A stretch of DNA of 64,000 nt from Pseudomonadales bacterium (lineage in GTDB: Bacteria; Pseudomonadota; Gammaproteobacteria; Pseudomonadales; GM7GCV1), in contig OZ244871.1 of assembly GCA_965221105.1 (NCBI GenBank), positions 24,252 to 88,251 on the forward strand, read 5' to 3'. The notes under the pieces were generated by a model that was not told the origin of the DNA, ran no database searches, and saw only the letters and a list, made by a program, of their open reading frames with translations. This document shows positions 49,940 through 59,199 of this stretch, in pieces. A program made the translations under genes and the position numbers. How positions within the stretch are numbered: position 1 is the first letter of the stretch; the number at the start of each line of letters is the position of its first letter.

Positions 49940-50395
49940 GATCACAGTGGAGCACTCTATTGGATACGTTACAGTGCGGACCGGCTCTCAGAGCGTCTGG
50001 CAAAAGCAGGACATCCGGCGATTGAGCGTGCGGTGAATCATCTTTTGTATGAGCTGGACTGCAGCCTGCAGGCCAATCCAGATGCGACATTTGACGGCTG
50101 TGCGAAAGCACGGGTGAGCATGGCGTCAGTTTTAGATGGCACAATCTCGGCTGGTGCCGTGCCTGTCTCTTCGGCGACCGTATGCCTACCCAGTGCGGCG
50201 ACACAGGTCACCTATTATCACACTGACCCTGTGCTCACAGGCCGTCTGCGTGCGGAACTTTAAAACAGGTCAAATCCATTGCTCTCTAGGACCAAATTAC
50301 AGCTGGCCATGCTCGGAGTCTCGGATTCATCTTGGTAACCAACAACGAGCGCGAGTTTGAACAGATACCGGGCTTATATAGAAAATGGGGTCAAT
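49940..50395 (+). pseudogene. PIN-domain (VapC-like) toxin remnant, multiply disrupted
   Basis: The C-terminal piece DQITAGHARSLGFILVTNNEREFEQIPGL (50290 onward) is strongly PIN-like. Upstream pieces are LLDT (frame +1, near 49950) and TGRLRAEL followed by TAA at 50261. At least two frame changes. Confidence 0.5.
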
Positions 50396-50568
50396 TGAAA
50401 GAGTTGTTAACAGACGGTTACGCAAGGTATGCGTTCATGACAATCAGCAGCGGTCACTTTCAATTAACACCCGTACAATGGTGATGCGAAGATTTGATTA
50501 CTCCGCAAGTCATTCCCGCTCGCTACGGGATTGGCAAACACGCTGTCCTGCAATCCTGACCCTATGAG

Positions 50569-51819
50569 TTATATTCGCCTGGTCTGGATTCCGGACTGTT
50601 TTTGAATGGCTTCGAGTACCGGCTTGTATTCCAACCAGCCAGCTGCCACGAGCTCTCTCAAGGATATGTTTGGATAGTGCCGGTCCCGAAGTGTGTGCAC
50701 ATACCTGAGTGTTTTCAACCCGTCCAGCCAACCATTCATATGAGACTGGTACTGGATGCCATGCAGGTCCTGTTTATGTGCGTGTGCAAAAGCCCGGTCA
50801 ATACCCATCTCACGAATGATTGCCAGACTTCTAGGGTTGATATTAAGGTCCGCAACCAGCGCAGGTTCGCGGGTCCGGATTTCCGACAACAGATTGCGTA
50901 GATGCACAAAAATTCCCGGAAAATAGAAGAGTGGCGCAGAACTCAGATCAGGGTGTTCCAGCATTCTTTCAACACTGGGCCCGGTACCAAAGGGTACGCG
51001 GTTTGAATGCCGTGTCTCAATGCGTATGAGTCGCTCCTTGAGCACCTGCACTGTTCCCTGCTTCGCCAGTTTGTTAAGGAGGTAGAAGTCCTCACCACCG
51101 GCTCGTTTTGGAAATCCCCTGGCTCTGGCGTACGCCTGAAAATCGAAAGCGAAACAACTTCCCAGTGAGTGAAAGGCATATGCTGATCCAGCTCGTTGGA
51201 GACCATCGACATAGTGTCGCATCCGTATTTCATAAACTCGAGTTGCCCACCCTACGGAGTCGTCTGAAAATCGGTGCCTGAAGGGATAGATTGCGGCGAC
51301 TGAGTTTCCGGCTTCGGACTCAATGTTGAAGTAGTCCCTGGGCAGCTCGGTGTCAGCATCCGAGTTCATGATCCACCTGGACAGGACGATACCCTCCGAA
51401 ACAAGTGCTGTCGCTAGGTCCGCTCCTATTTTACGAGCCAAGCCAACGCCCTGTTTTGCAGGAATTGCATGCACATCTGTTCGATCCACTAGGAGCACAT
51501 CCGCGTTGTTTAGCCGGTGCAGACTCAGCGAGGAATTCTGCCAAACCGCTGGTCCGCAAAAATCGGAGAGGGCCTGATGCGATGTCAATGCATGAACACG
51601 CTGACCGTCGTCCAACCCTGAGGGATGGTTGGAAACCAGAATAACAAGGTACCGCTTTTCAGCAATGGGTTTATCGAACTGACGGTGCAGAAAAGAAGGT
51701 GATTCCAGATAGGCAGGGATTACCAATACATGCTCATATGGCCCGTATGCGGGCCAGTCCATGAGCAACGCGGTTTCCGGTTCAGCATGATCGGAGAGGT
51801 ATTTCCGAAGTGCTTTCAT
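50569..51819 (-). CDS. GT-A fold (family 2-like) glycosyltransferase of unknown specificity
   Basis: 416 aa. VLVIPAYLES N-terminal GT2-type motif, DAD (DxD) in MNSDADTELPRDYF, later GGEDFYLLNKL. Lies 80 nt downstream of miaE on the same strand. Confidence 0.6.
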   Translation of the reverse strand: MKALRKYLSDHAEPETALLMDWPAYGPYEHVLVIPAYLESPSFLHRQFDKPIAEKRYLVILVSNHPSGLDDGQRVHALTSHQALSDFCGPAVWQNSSLSLHRLNNADVLLVDRTDVHAIPAKQGVGLARKIGADLATALVSEGIVLSRWIMNSDADTELPRDYFNIESEAGNSVAAIYPFRHRFSDDSVGWATRVYEIRMRHYVDGLQRAGSAYAFHSLGSCFAFDFQAYARARGFPKRAGGEDFYLLNKLAKQGTVQVLKERLIRIETRHSNRVPFGTGPSVERMLEHPDLSSAPLFYFPGIFVHLRNLLSEIRTREPALVADLNINPRSLAIIREMGIDRAFAHAHKQDLHGIQYQSHMNGWLDGLKTLRYVHTLRDRHYPNISLRELVAAGWLEYKPVLEAIQKQSGIQTRRI

Positions 51820-51899
51820 GCCATACAGCTTTCCGATGTGGGCACTGCGCAGATTGTTCCCGGGCGCGGCAAGGAGTGTATTCTGCGTGCTATGACTGT

Positions 51900-52478
51900 C
51901 TAGTGCAACGCCGCTCGCAGAGGAAGATCTGCGACAAGCCCCGCTTCCAGGTCCAGCAGTTCGTCCAGTCTGACTGATACAGTTTCATGGGGAAAATAAC
52001 ACTCAGCCAGGTCGAGAAAAAGAGCCTGGTGCTTGTTTTCAGAGCGGCTGATCGCACCGTAAAATTCCTTCGTGTCCCCCCGAGGGAGCGCTTGCTCGAT
52101 CATGGCAAAGCGCTCACAACCTCTTGCTTCAATGATGCCGGCGACTATGAGCCGGTCGAGCAGGCCGTCTTCGTGCCCCTGGCGCTGCAACTGCCGCATC
52201 GCATTAACATAGGGGTCTTTTTCATCCGGAAGCAGCTGCAGTCCTCGCTGTTGTAGCAATCTGACGCATTCCCGAAAGTGCTGGAGCTCTTCAATACTCA
52301 GATCGATCATTTCTTGTACCAGGCGGGGTTTGTCGCGGTAGTGAAGCGCCATGGACATGGCCATGCCAGATGCTTTTTTTTCAGCAGCAGCATGATCGAG
52401 CAGAAACTGGTCGAGATTGTTCACGACCAGGTCGGCCCAGGCGCTACCGGTAGCGTAGCGAAGTTGGATTTTCGGCAT
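51900..52478 (-). CDS. miaE: tRNA-(ms2io6A37)-hydroxylase MiaE (ferritin-like di-iron)
   Basis: LLDHAAAEKKASGMAMS, EELQHFRECVRLLQQRG and IIEARGCERF motifs, recalled as diagnostic of MiaE. Confidence 0.8.
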   Translation of the reverse strand: MPKIQLRYATGSAWADLVVNNLDQFLLDHAAAEKKASGMAMSMALHYRDKPRLVQEMIDLSIEELQHFRECVRLLQQRGLQLLPDEKDPYVNAMRQLQRQGHEDGLLDRLIVAGIIEARGCERFAMIEQALPRGDTKEFYGAISRSENKHQALFLDLAECYFPHETVSVRLDELLDLEAGLVADLPLRAALH

Positions 52479-52892
52479 TGGAAGAGGGTATTTGGCGTTT
52501 GCAGGTGTCGGTCCCGGGGCAGGGGCGATTATTCTACAATCGGTAACGCCGATGGAATAGGCGCAATCAACATGCTGGAATCTCAGGGGAAACCGGGTCT
52601 CAGGAAGGGCGTCGGACGGTTTTCAACTGCGGTGGAGTTTTCGGCCTGCTTGCCCTGCGAATCCCTATTGTTGAAGTGCCACCCGCAATACAGGCAAGCA
52701 GCCTGCGTCTTTCTGTGGTTGCGCCCTTTAGATGCAGTCAGTGCGCCCACCCATGGGAAATCTTGAAGCTTTAGGCATTTTTCTGCAATCGTTCCAACCA
52801 TCCGGCAGATTCCACATGGTCAATGATGCCGCCAAGACTCACATTCCAAAAAAGTTGGCGGATACCGCAGCTACCCGGTCACCATCCCAGGC

Positions 52893-54131
52893 TCATGCCC
52901 AAAGGGCTCCCAGAGGTACGGCATAAAGATCGTCACCAAAAGCCGTCGTATGATCGCCGTCATAAAGCAGAATACCGATCTTGAAGCGACCACTGGCCAC
53001 GGATTGAAAACGTTTCAAACCAGTAAAGTCCTTCGTGCTTAAGGTTGCTGCCGCCTTGACCTCGATGGCGAAACAGTCACCCATGGCGTTTTCGATGATC
53101 ACATCCACATCCACTTTGTCCTTGTCCCGGTAGTGGTAAAAGTTCAGTGGTTCCTCTACCCAAACCGCTTGCTTGCGCAATTCGTTATAGACGAAGGAAT
53201 CCATCAGCAAACCAAAATCTTCCGGTTGTTTGAGCAGTCGGTCTCGGTTAAGTCCTCGAGCGGCACACATCAGACCGGTATCGACAGAATGCAGTTTTGG
53301 CGTCTTCACCAGCCGTTTATATTCGTTGGAATGCCAGGCTGGCAATTGTCCCACCAGAAACAATTGCTCCAATAGGGCCATGTATTTTTTGATAGTCAAA
53401 TGATCCAGGCCCAGCTTGCCCCCCAATTCTGTGAAATTGACCAGTTTGCCGGCGTAAAAGGCGGTGAGCTTGAGCAACTTGCCCATTAAATCCGGATGAT
53501 CAATGTGAATGAGGTCACGAATATCCCGTTGCACCAGGGTGCTCAGGTATTGCTGATACCAGGCTTGTGAGCGCCGTTCAGTGCTGCGCTGCAGTGGCTC
53601 GGGAAAACAACCGGTAACCAGCCGGTTCAGGATGTGTTCCCTTACGCGGGTGGACTGGGTTGAGGGTGCTTCCTGTTTCAACAGCTTCGACAGAAATGTT
53701 GGTTGCTGCCCATGGATCTCACACTCCGAGAGCGTCATCAAACGAACCGATTCCATCCGGCCCGCCAGAGAGTCGGAGAGCCTGGGCAATAATAAGGCGT
53801 TGGCGGAGCCCGTCAGCAGAAAACGACCAGGCGTGCGTTGTTCGTCCACTGCCTGCTTGATGGATACGAACAGCTCCGGCATTCGTTGCACTTCATCCAG
53901 GGCAATGCGGGTAGGCGGCAGGTTGCGAATAAACCCTACGGGATCGGCTTGGGCAATCTCAAACTGGGCCTGATCATCCAGGGTGATGTAGATCCATTGT
54001 TCGGCCCCCATTTCATCTATCAAGGTCTTCACCAGAGTGGTTTTACCGGCCTGGCGGGGGCCCATGATGAATACGACGGGCGTGTCGCTCAGCGCTTCTT
54101 TGACTTGGGGTTGAGAATATCGAGGGTACAT
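52893..54131 (-). CDS. AAA-type ATPase with C-terminal DUF4143-like domain
   Basis: 412 aa. Walker A GPRQAGKTTL, Walker B-like IALDEVQ. The C-terminal half ends with a possible restriction-endonuclease-like segment (DKVDVDVIIE...AIEVKA). Confidence 0.75.
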   Translation of the reverse strand: MYPRYSQPQVKEALSDTPVVFIMGPRQAGKTTLVKTLIDEMGAEQWIYITLDDQAQFEIAQADPVGFIRNLPPTRIALDEVQRMPELFVSIKQAVDEQRTPGRFLLTGSANALLLPRLSDSLAGRMESVRLMTLSECEIHGQQPTFLSKLLKQEAPSTQSTRVREHILNRLVTGCFPEPLQRSTERRSQAWYQQYLSTLVQRDIRDLIHIDHPDLMGKLLKLTAFYAGKLVNFTELGGKLGLDHLTIKKYMALLEQLFLVGQLPAWHSNEYKRLVKTPKLHSVDTGLMCAARGLNRDRLLKQPEDFGLLMDSFVYNELRKQAVWVEEPLNFYHYRDKDKVDVDVIIENAMGDCFAIEVKAAATLSTKDFTGLKRFQSVASGRFKIGILLYDGDHTTAFGDDLYAVPLGALWA

Positions 54132-54186
54132 AAATGGGCTTCCGGCTATACAGGAGAAGTTTTTCGTCTATCTGTTACTTTATTAT

Positions 54187-54239
54187 CGTCCAATAATTAT
54201 CATAATACCGTCCAATAATTATTACAATGCCGTCCAATT
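54187..54239. repeat. three direct repeats of CGTCCAAT(AATTAT) at exact 22-bp phasing
   Basis: CGTCCAATAATTAT occurs at 54187-54200 and 54209-54222, and CGTCCAATT at 54231-54239. These lie 56-108 nt upstream of the ATPase start codon at 54131 (minus strand). Confidence 0.85.
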
Positions 54240-54631
54240 GCAAAAAGGCAGTGCACTCAGCCGGCAACATAAAAACAAAATTGACGAGACTGAATGCTCT
54301 GTTTATTGGAAGCGCCAGGTACCCCAGAGGCTCAAAAGGAAGCGCCACTCTGTTTGCAAGATGCCCTGGTTCGTGTGTGGCTCCCTCCGACAATCTTGGC
54401 TATTTCGCGCTAGCTCAGGAATGGTGGCTGTCGCCTGGAAGGCAGGACTCCAATTCCTGATACTATGACACGACTGTAAGTATAGGCCTCTATCTTTTAT
54501 ACTCTGTCCCATACTGCTCGCCTCTGGTAATTGATGTTTGTTTGTATGGAAGCCAGTCCTGAACAACATCGAACCGGATAGCGGCCAGTTCGAGCCTGTT
54601 TTCACCCGCATTCATATTAAAGTAGGGTCTC

Positions 54632-55735
54632 ATGAGTCTCGCCGACAAAGTACTGGCAGTGAACGACGATCTGCCAATTCGTACCGACCTTCCTGTTCAT
54701 AGTGGCAAAGTCCGCTCTGTCTACTGGCTTACACGGGCGGACAGCCAGCGCCTTATCGCCGAAAGGGACTACGATATTGCTGCCGATGCGCCTCTGGCGA
54801 TCATGGTGATCAGTGATCGAATCTCCGCATTTGAATGTATCTGGCGAGGGGAGGGGGGTATGAACGGCGTTCCCGGCAAAGGGGCGGCGCTCAATGCAAT
54901 ATCCAGCCACTGGTTTGACCTGTTTCGGCGGAATGGTCTGGCGGACAGCCATATTCTGGATGTGCCGCACCCTCTGGTGTGGATTGTGCAAAAGGCGCGT
55001 CCGGTCATGATTGAAGCGATCTGTCGGCAATACATTACTGGCTCCATGTGGCGTGCCTACAGTAAAGGTGAGCGGGAATTCTGCGGCTTTGCTGTGCCCG
55101 ATGGGCTGGAGAGAGACCAGAAGTTGCCGGAGTTGCTGATTACGCCTTCCACCAAGGGCATTTTGTCAGGTATTCCCGGTGTGCCTGAACAGGACGACGT
55201 CAACATTACCCGGCAGAATATTGTTGACAACTGCGCCGCCTTCAGATTCAACTCAGTAAGCGATATAGATCTCTACGAGAAGCTGCTGCGCGAGGGATTC
55301 AGGGTAATCAGTGACGAGCTGCAGAAAATTGATCAGATTTTTGTCGATACCAAATTCGAATTCGGGTATGTCGACGATGCCCAGGGACAGCAAAAACTCA
55401 TCTACATGGACGAGGTGGGCACGCCTGACTCATCCCGAATCTGGGATGGTGAGCAATATCGTGAGGGCAGGGTGGTTGAAAACTCCAAGGAAGCCTTTCG
55501 GCAGCTTTTGCTCAATCATTTTCCTGATCCCGACATCCTGACCAACAAGGATCGAATGGAAGAACGGTCAGATCTTGCCGCTGAGAACGCCTTGCCGGAA
55601 TCCGTAATGATGGAGGTATCACAGACCTATACCGACATTGCAAAGGCCATCACCGGCCGTCCTGTAGTGCTCAGTGCCAACCCGAAAGCAGAGATTGTTG
55701 ACCTGCTGGCTTCGAAATACGGATTGATTCGCTAG
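54632..55735 (+). CDS. purC: phosphoribosylaminoimidazole-succinocarboxamide synthase (long form)
   Basis: 367 aa. [19 protein letters not shown] and ITPSTKG motifs. Confidence 0.9.
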   Translation: MSLADKVLAVNDDLPIRTDLPVHSGKVRSVYWLTRADSQRLIAERDYDIAADAPLAIMVISDRISAFECIWRGEGGMNGVPGKGAALNAISSHWFDLFRRNGLADSHILDVPHPLVWIVQKARPVMIEAICRQYITGSMWRAYSKGEREFCGFAVPDGLERDQKLPELLITPSTKGILSGIPGVPEQDDVNITRQNIVDNCAAFRFNSVSDIDLYEKLLREGFRVISDELQKIDQIFVDTKFEFGYVDDAQGQQKLIYMDEVGTPDSSRIWDGEQYREGRVVENSKEAFRQLLLNHFPDPDILTNKDRMEERSDLAAENALPESVMMEVSQTYTDIAKAITGRPVVLSANPKAEIVDLLASKYGLIR

Positions 55736-55836
55736 AGATCACAATCGACTGACTGGGTGCACCCGCATGCAGGTTAGATGGGTGAAGAGGGCACCGGATT
55801 GTCACACAAAGAGGATTTTCTCCTGGGTTCGGGGCT

Positions 55837-56060
55837 GTGTTGGCAATGTTGGGTACCGGAGGGGTGGTACCCAGGGCTGTGGTGATACTCCTGCACGGGA
55901 CAGCTGAGCACGGCGGTCGCTGCGGGCATCTGGCTGGGTTTCTGAATGGGCAGCACAGTGCCTTGTTTGCGCTGGATCACTTTGGGCTCGGTAATTCCCC
56001 AGGCACAAAAGGACACATTGACCGCTTCCAATCCTATCCGGATGGTGTAGAAGAGCTCCT
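55837..56060 (+). pseudogene. N-terminal fragment of an alpha/beta hydrolase (lysophospholipase-like)
   Basis: VVILLHGTAEHGGRCGHLAGFL...ALDHFGLGNSPGTKGHIDRFQSYPDGVEELL. It stops before the nucleophile elbow, and the junction with the abiE module lies near 56045-56070. Confidence 0.6.
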
Positions 56061-56139
56061 TTTCAACGACCGGGCGAAGGGCGGCGCCCACACCCTGGCG
56101 CTCGGCCAGTGCGGCAAGAGTTCCAAAGTCATCCGGCAT
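56050..56139 (-). pseudogene. about 30-codon stub of an AbiEii-like nucleotidyltransferase toxin
   Basis: The ATG at 56139 overlaps the abiEi stop by 11 nt (operon-like). MPDDFGTLAALAERQGVGAALRPVVEKE resembles AbiEii N-termini (the ...EKD.W motif region). The remainder is antisense to the hydrolase fragment. Confidence 0.3.
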
Positions 56140-56674
56140 TAAGAGACTCCAATTCCGATTGATCGATCAGGTGGGTGTTGCGTCCAACACGCTTCAAGTC
56201 TCTGACCGCAGCATCCAAATGGGCAACCCGCAGAGGTCGTTCCTGAATCTCCATGCTATCAATAACGCTCAAGAGGGGACGCCTGGTATGGGTAAACTCG
56301 ATTACCCCGTAAGGCGTCTGGTATTCACCTGTGCGGCCGGTTGTCATCACCGTTAACCGATCAACCGGCACCTGGGAAATCACCCCGTACTCAGCCAGCG
56401 CCGATTCCAGAGAGACATAACTATACTTGCCAGTACGCAGCGCCTTGGCAATGCGCTCCAGTGTATATCCATCCTGATTGTTTGTGAGGGCAAACACATA
56501 GACACCCCTGACTGCACGAACCAGGATACCGGCCTCAACCAAACGTGTAATCAATGCTTTACGAGCACGCTCAGAGGGCGCGCGCAACACCTTGGCCAGC
56601 TGGCGATTGGTATAGACATACTGACCGGCTTGATCTCTGGCGCGCAGGCACTTGATGGCTTCTACCTGCCGCAT
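56129..56674 (-). CDS. abiEi: type IV toxin-antitoxin AbiEi-family antitoxin/transcriptional regulator
   Basis: wHTH region LITRLVEAGILVRAVRGVYVF and C-terminal domain YVSLESALAEYGVISQVP. Start taken at MRQVEAIKCL (56674). Confidence 0.65.
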   Translation of the reverse strand: MRQVEAIKCLRARDQAGQYVYTNRQLAKVLRAPSERARKALITRLVEAGILVRAVRGVYVFALTNNQDGYTLERIAKALRTGKYSYVSLESALAEYGVISQVPVDRLTVMTTGRTGEYQTPYGVIEFTHTRRPLLSVIDSMEIQERPLRVAHLDAAVRDLKRVGRNTHLIDQSELESLNAG

Positions 56675-57161
56675 GTCAGCACCTCCATTCAGCAATGGTT
56701 GTACAAAAACAAGCATTAAGTATACATAAATAACACTTAAAAGTGCCTTTTGTGTATATATAATTTGAAATTCACCAAACAAATCTGGACTGATGGTGGC
56801 CTGATTTCAGATATGAACTCTTTGTGATGAGCTTTCTTGGTTATACAGCAAAACAATCCACGTTTTTCGCGCTTGTGTGTGCCGGTATACAAGCGCGGTT
56901 ATATGGCGCTGTTCACTCCTGACTCAACAGACCAGTAACCGCGCTGAACACGCAATGGAATACAGGTGGAACCTTTCCTGACTGAGCCTGGAACGTACAT
57001 GCCCATCCGGACATTCAGCTCCCGGGGGAGTGGTATCGCAATTGATTGGCCTGTTTGGTTGGAAGCCATCCGTTTGTGTTGTGAAAAATTGGGTCCATGG
57101 GTTGTGCGTCCGGATCTGCCACAGAACCTGAGATGTGGGGCTGCATATAAGTTCGTATAAT

Positions 57162-57995
57162 CTATATTATGTTAAATACAATAAAATTGACACAGTGTCT
57201 CGACACGACGCTGAACTCGCACTCCGCCATAGTCAACCAGCTCCCATGTCTGGGCGTGTAGACCAACTCCAGTTTCTCCAGCAGCGCCCGTGCCGTTTCG
57301 GGTGGACATGCTGTATGCAGTGACGCGCCGGTGTGCCCAGTGCAGTGCTGTATGAGTGTCCGCGACATCTGTTCGGCGCCATCCAATACAAGGTGCATAC
57401 AACTGGATCAGGTATGCCACACCAGTGCGCTCATACTCAACATCGTACCGTTCAACCTGTCCGGGCGTCCCAGGCAGCACCTGCTCCATGGCACACACAC
57501 GCGGCATCCTGCTTCGGTGGACTACACCACATCTCCTTACGCCAGGGTTTAAAAGAGTTTTTTTAAAACTTGGCGTACCGATTCATGCGAGATCGATTCG
57601 ACAACGTTCAATTCGATCAACCGATCACGCAACATATGCACCGTCCACCGGGACTGACCGGACGGTGCTTCACTACACATCAGCGCAACCAGGCGCGCTT
57701 CGCCGTCTCCATCAAGCACGCGCTGCTTTTCCCGGGCGCGCGGCGTGCGCTCAAGTGCAGCCTCCAGTCCCTCCTCTACGCATCGCTGTCGCACCCGCTA
57801 CAGGGTTTTTTCGGACACGTCGACTGTCTGCGCAACCTCGCTGTCGATCAGGCCGGGACCATGATCGCCCTCATCAGCCCAGAGGAGTCCCTGAGCGTGG
57901 GTGCGACGACAGGCCGCTCCCGTGCCTGTGCGTACCAGCGCTTCCAGAGCCTGCCGCTCCGCCTCGGTCAAACAAACCACGTACTTCTTTTTCAT
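57162..57995 (-). pseudogene. IS630-family transposase, decayed (stop, frameshifts, 3' truncation)
   Basis: GC-rich. MKKKYVVCLTEAERQALEALVRTGTGAA...VDVSEKTL* is followed by RQRCVEEGLEAALERTPRAREK...RWTVHMLRDRLIE. Further pieces (YDVEYERTGVAYL; LEKLELVYTPRHGSWLTMAECEFSV) lie in other frames. Confidence 0.7.
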
Positions 57996-58194
57996 ATTTA
58001 CTCTCAACATGTTACTGGACACTGTTGAGAAAGCACTTTAACATTAGTGGGAATCAATTTGAAGCAGCGTTAGTTATCTCTTTTATGAAACAAGGATATA
58101 CTGCCAATTGAAAAGATCGAGCAATTCTTATATCCAGAAACGGATGCCCGCCCTTTACGCCTAGGCTGAAGAGAATATGGCCCTTGACTTCTTC

Positions 58195-58481
58195 CTACTC
58201 AAACTGCTCTGGCCACTTCCGGGAAGAATGACACACACTGAGAATCTGGATCTCGCCAGCTTTTATCCGGTACGGCACGATATGGGACAAGTCTGGAACA
58301 ACAAGCTCCAGCGTCCCCCGAATGCGCCCGGCCTGCCGAGTTTCGGGAATTCTTCAAGTTGGTTGACGGCTTGTCGCACCCTCTCTCCAACTTCCCAGGC
58401 TGCGCGACGGTTGTCTTCGGCGATGTAGTCCTGAATACTCTCCAGTGCCCTCGCAGCGGGCTCTGTCCATACAATCCGCAC
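58195..58481 (-). pseudogene. parE: ParE-family toxin with a single frameshift
   Basis: MRIVWTEPAARALESIQDYIAEDNRRAA...EFPKLGRPG is followed, after a 1-nt shift, by RIRGTLELVVPDLSHIVPYRIKAGEIQILSVCHSSRKWPEQFE*. The lesion lies in the CCGGGC tract near 58330. Confidence 0.75.
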
Positions 58482-58483
58482 GA

Positions 58484-58723
58484 TCAGCTATCAGCGTATT
58501 TATTAAAGATTCGTTTCATTTCGGCATCACTGACAAAACAGCCTTCATCGGCTGCCTTGATCCCCTCTTTCGTCCGCTCCATTTGCCACGCATGCACTTC
58601 CAGAAGTTGATCAATCGCCTGGTTAACTAGGTAATTACGTGACCTATCCATTTGATTTGCCAGCCTGTCCAGTTGCTTTACTTTCTTACTGTCAGACCGG
58701 ATCGTGAATGCCTCAGTGCCCAT
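58484..58723 (-). CDS. parD: ribbon-helix-helix ParD/CopG-type antitoxin
   Basis: 79 aa. FTIRSDSKKVKQLDRLANQMDRSRNYLVNQAIDQLL. Lies immediately upstream of parE (2-nt gap). Confidence 0.7.
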   Translation of the reverse strand: MGTEAFTIRSDSKKVKQLDRLANQMDRSRNYLVNQAIDQLLEVHAWQMERTKEGIKAADEGCFVSDAEMKRIFNKYADS

Positions 58724-58973
58724 GATTTACCTGCCTAAGTGGTTCAGTACGATTCATAGCGGTTAGCTTGTAATTGTACCATGGCTTATGGCCCTGAGCG
58801 AAGAAATACTGAATAGATACCATTGAAATGCGGATATCTCTGCCTTTTGTCCGGTACGATACGACATAGGGCAGGCCCGGAATAACAAGTTTCAGTATTC
58901 CCTGCATGCGCTCCAGCCTGTCTAATTGCTTCACTTTCTTGCTGCCAGTATGACCAGACATTTCTGATCGCAA
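58713..58973 (-). pseudogene. deletion-fusion remnant of a second parDE module
   Basis: A single ORF joins the antitoxin-type start SGHTGSKKVKQLDRL directly to the toxin-type end GILKLVIPGLPYVVSYRTKGRDIRI. Confidence 0.55.
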
Positions 58974-59199
58974 TTAATGATAAAACGCACACAAGCAGGA
59001 CTCTACCCCACTGCTATTCCACGGTTTGATATTTACGAAGCGATCCTCATCTGGCTGGGGCGTGCACAGAGTGCCGCTAAGAAATTCTTTAACATCAACC
59101 AGTCAAGACTTTTAATTTCAATCTTTTACTTATCTTAGAGTGTGTTACTGCTTACTGCTAATGTAGTTTATAATTTAGTGCCGACAGGTCCTTCTCACA

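Noticed and set aside
54187-54239. A CRISPR-like array.
   Set aside because: There are only three short (9-14 bp) AT-rich repeat units with 8-13-bp spacers, and no cas genes. The period is far too short for CRISPR. It is interpreted instead as operator/iteron-like repeats. No other candidate arrays occur in the window.
54400-54480. A tRNA-like TAGCTCAGG string upstream of purC.
   Set aside because: No complementary D-stem, anticodon arm, T-arm (GGTTCGA-type) or acceptor pairing could be drawn.
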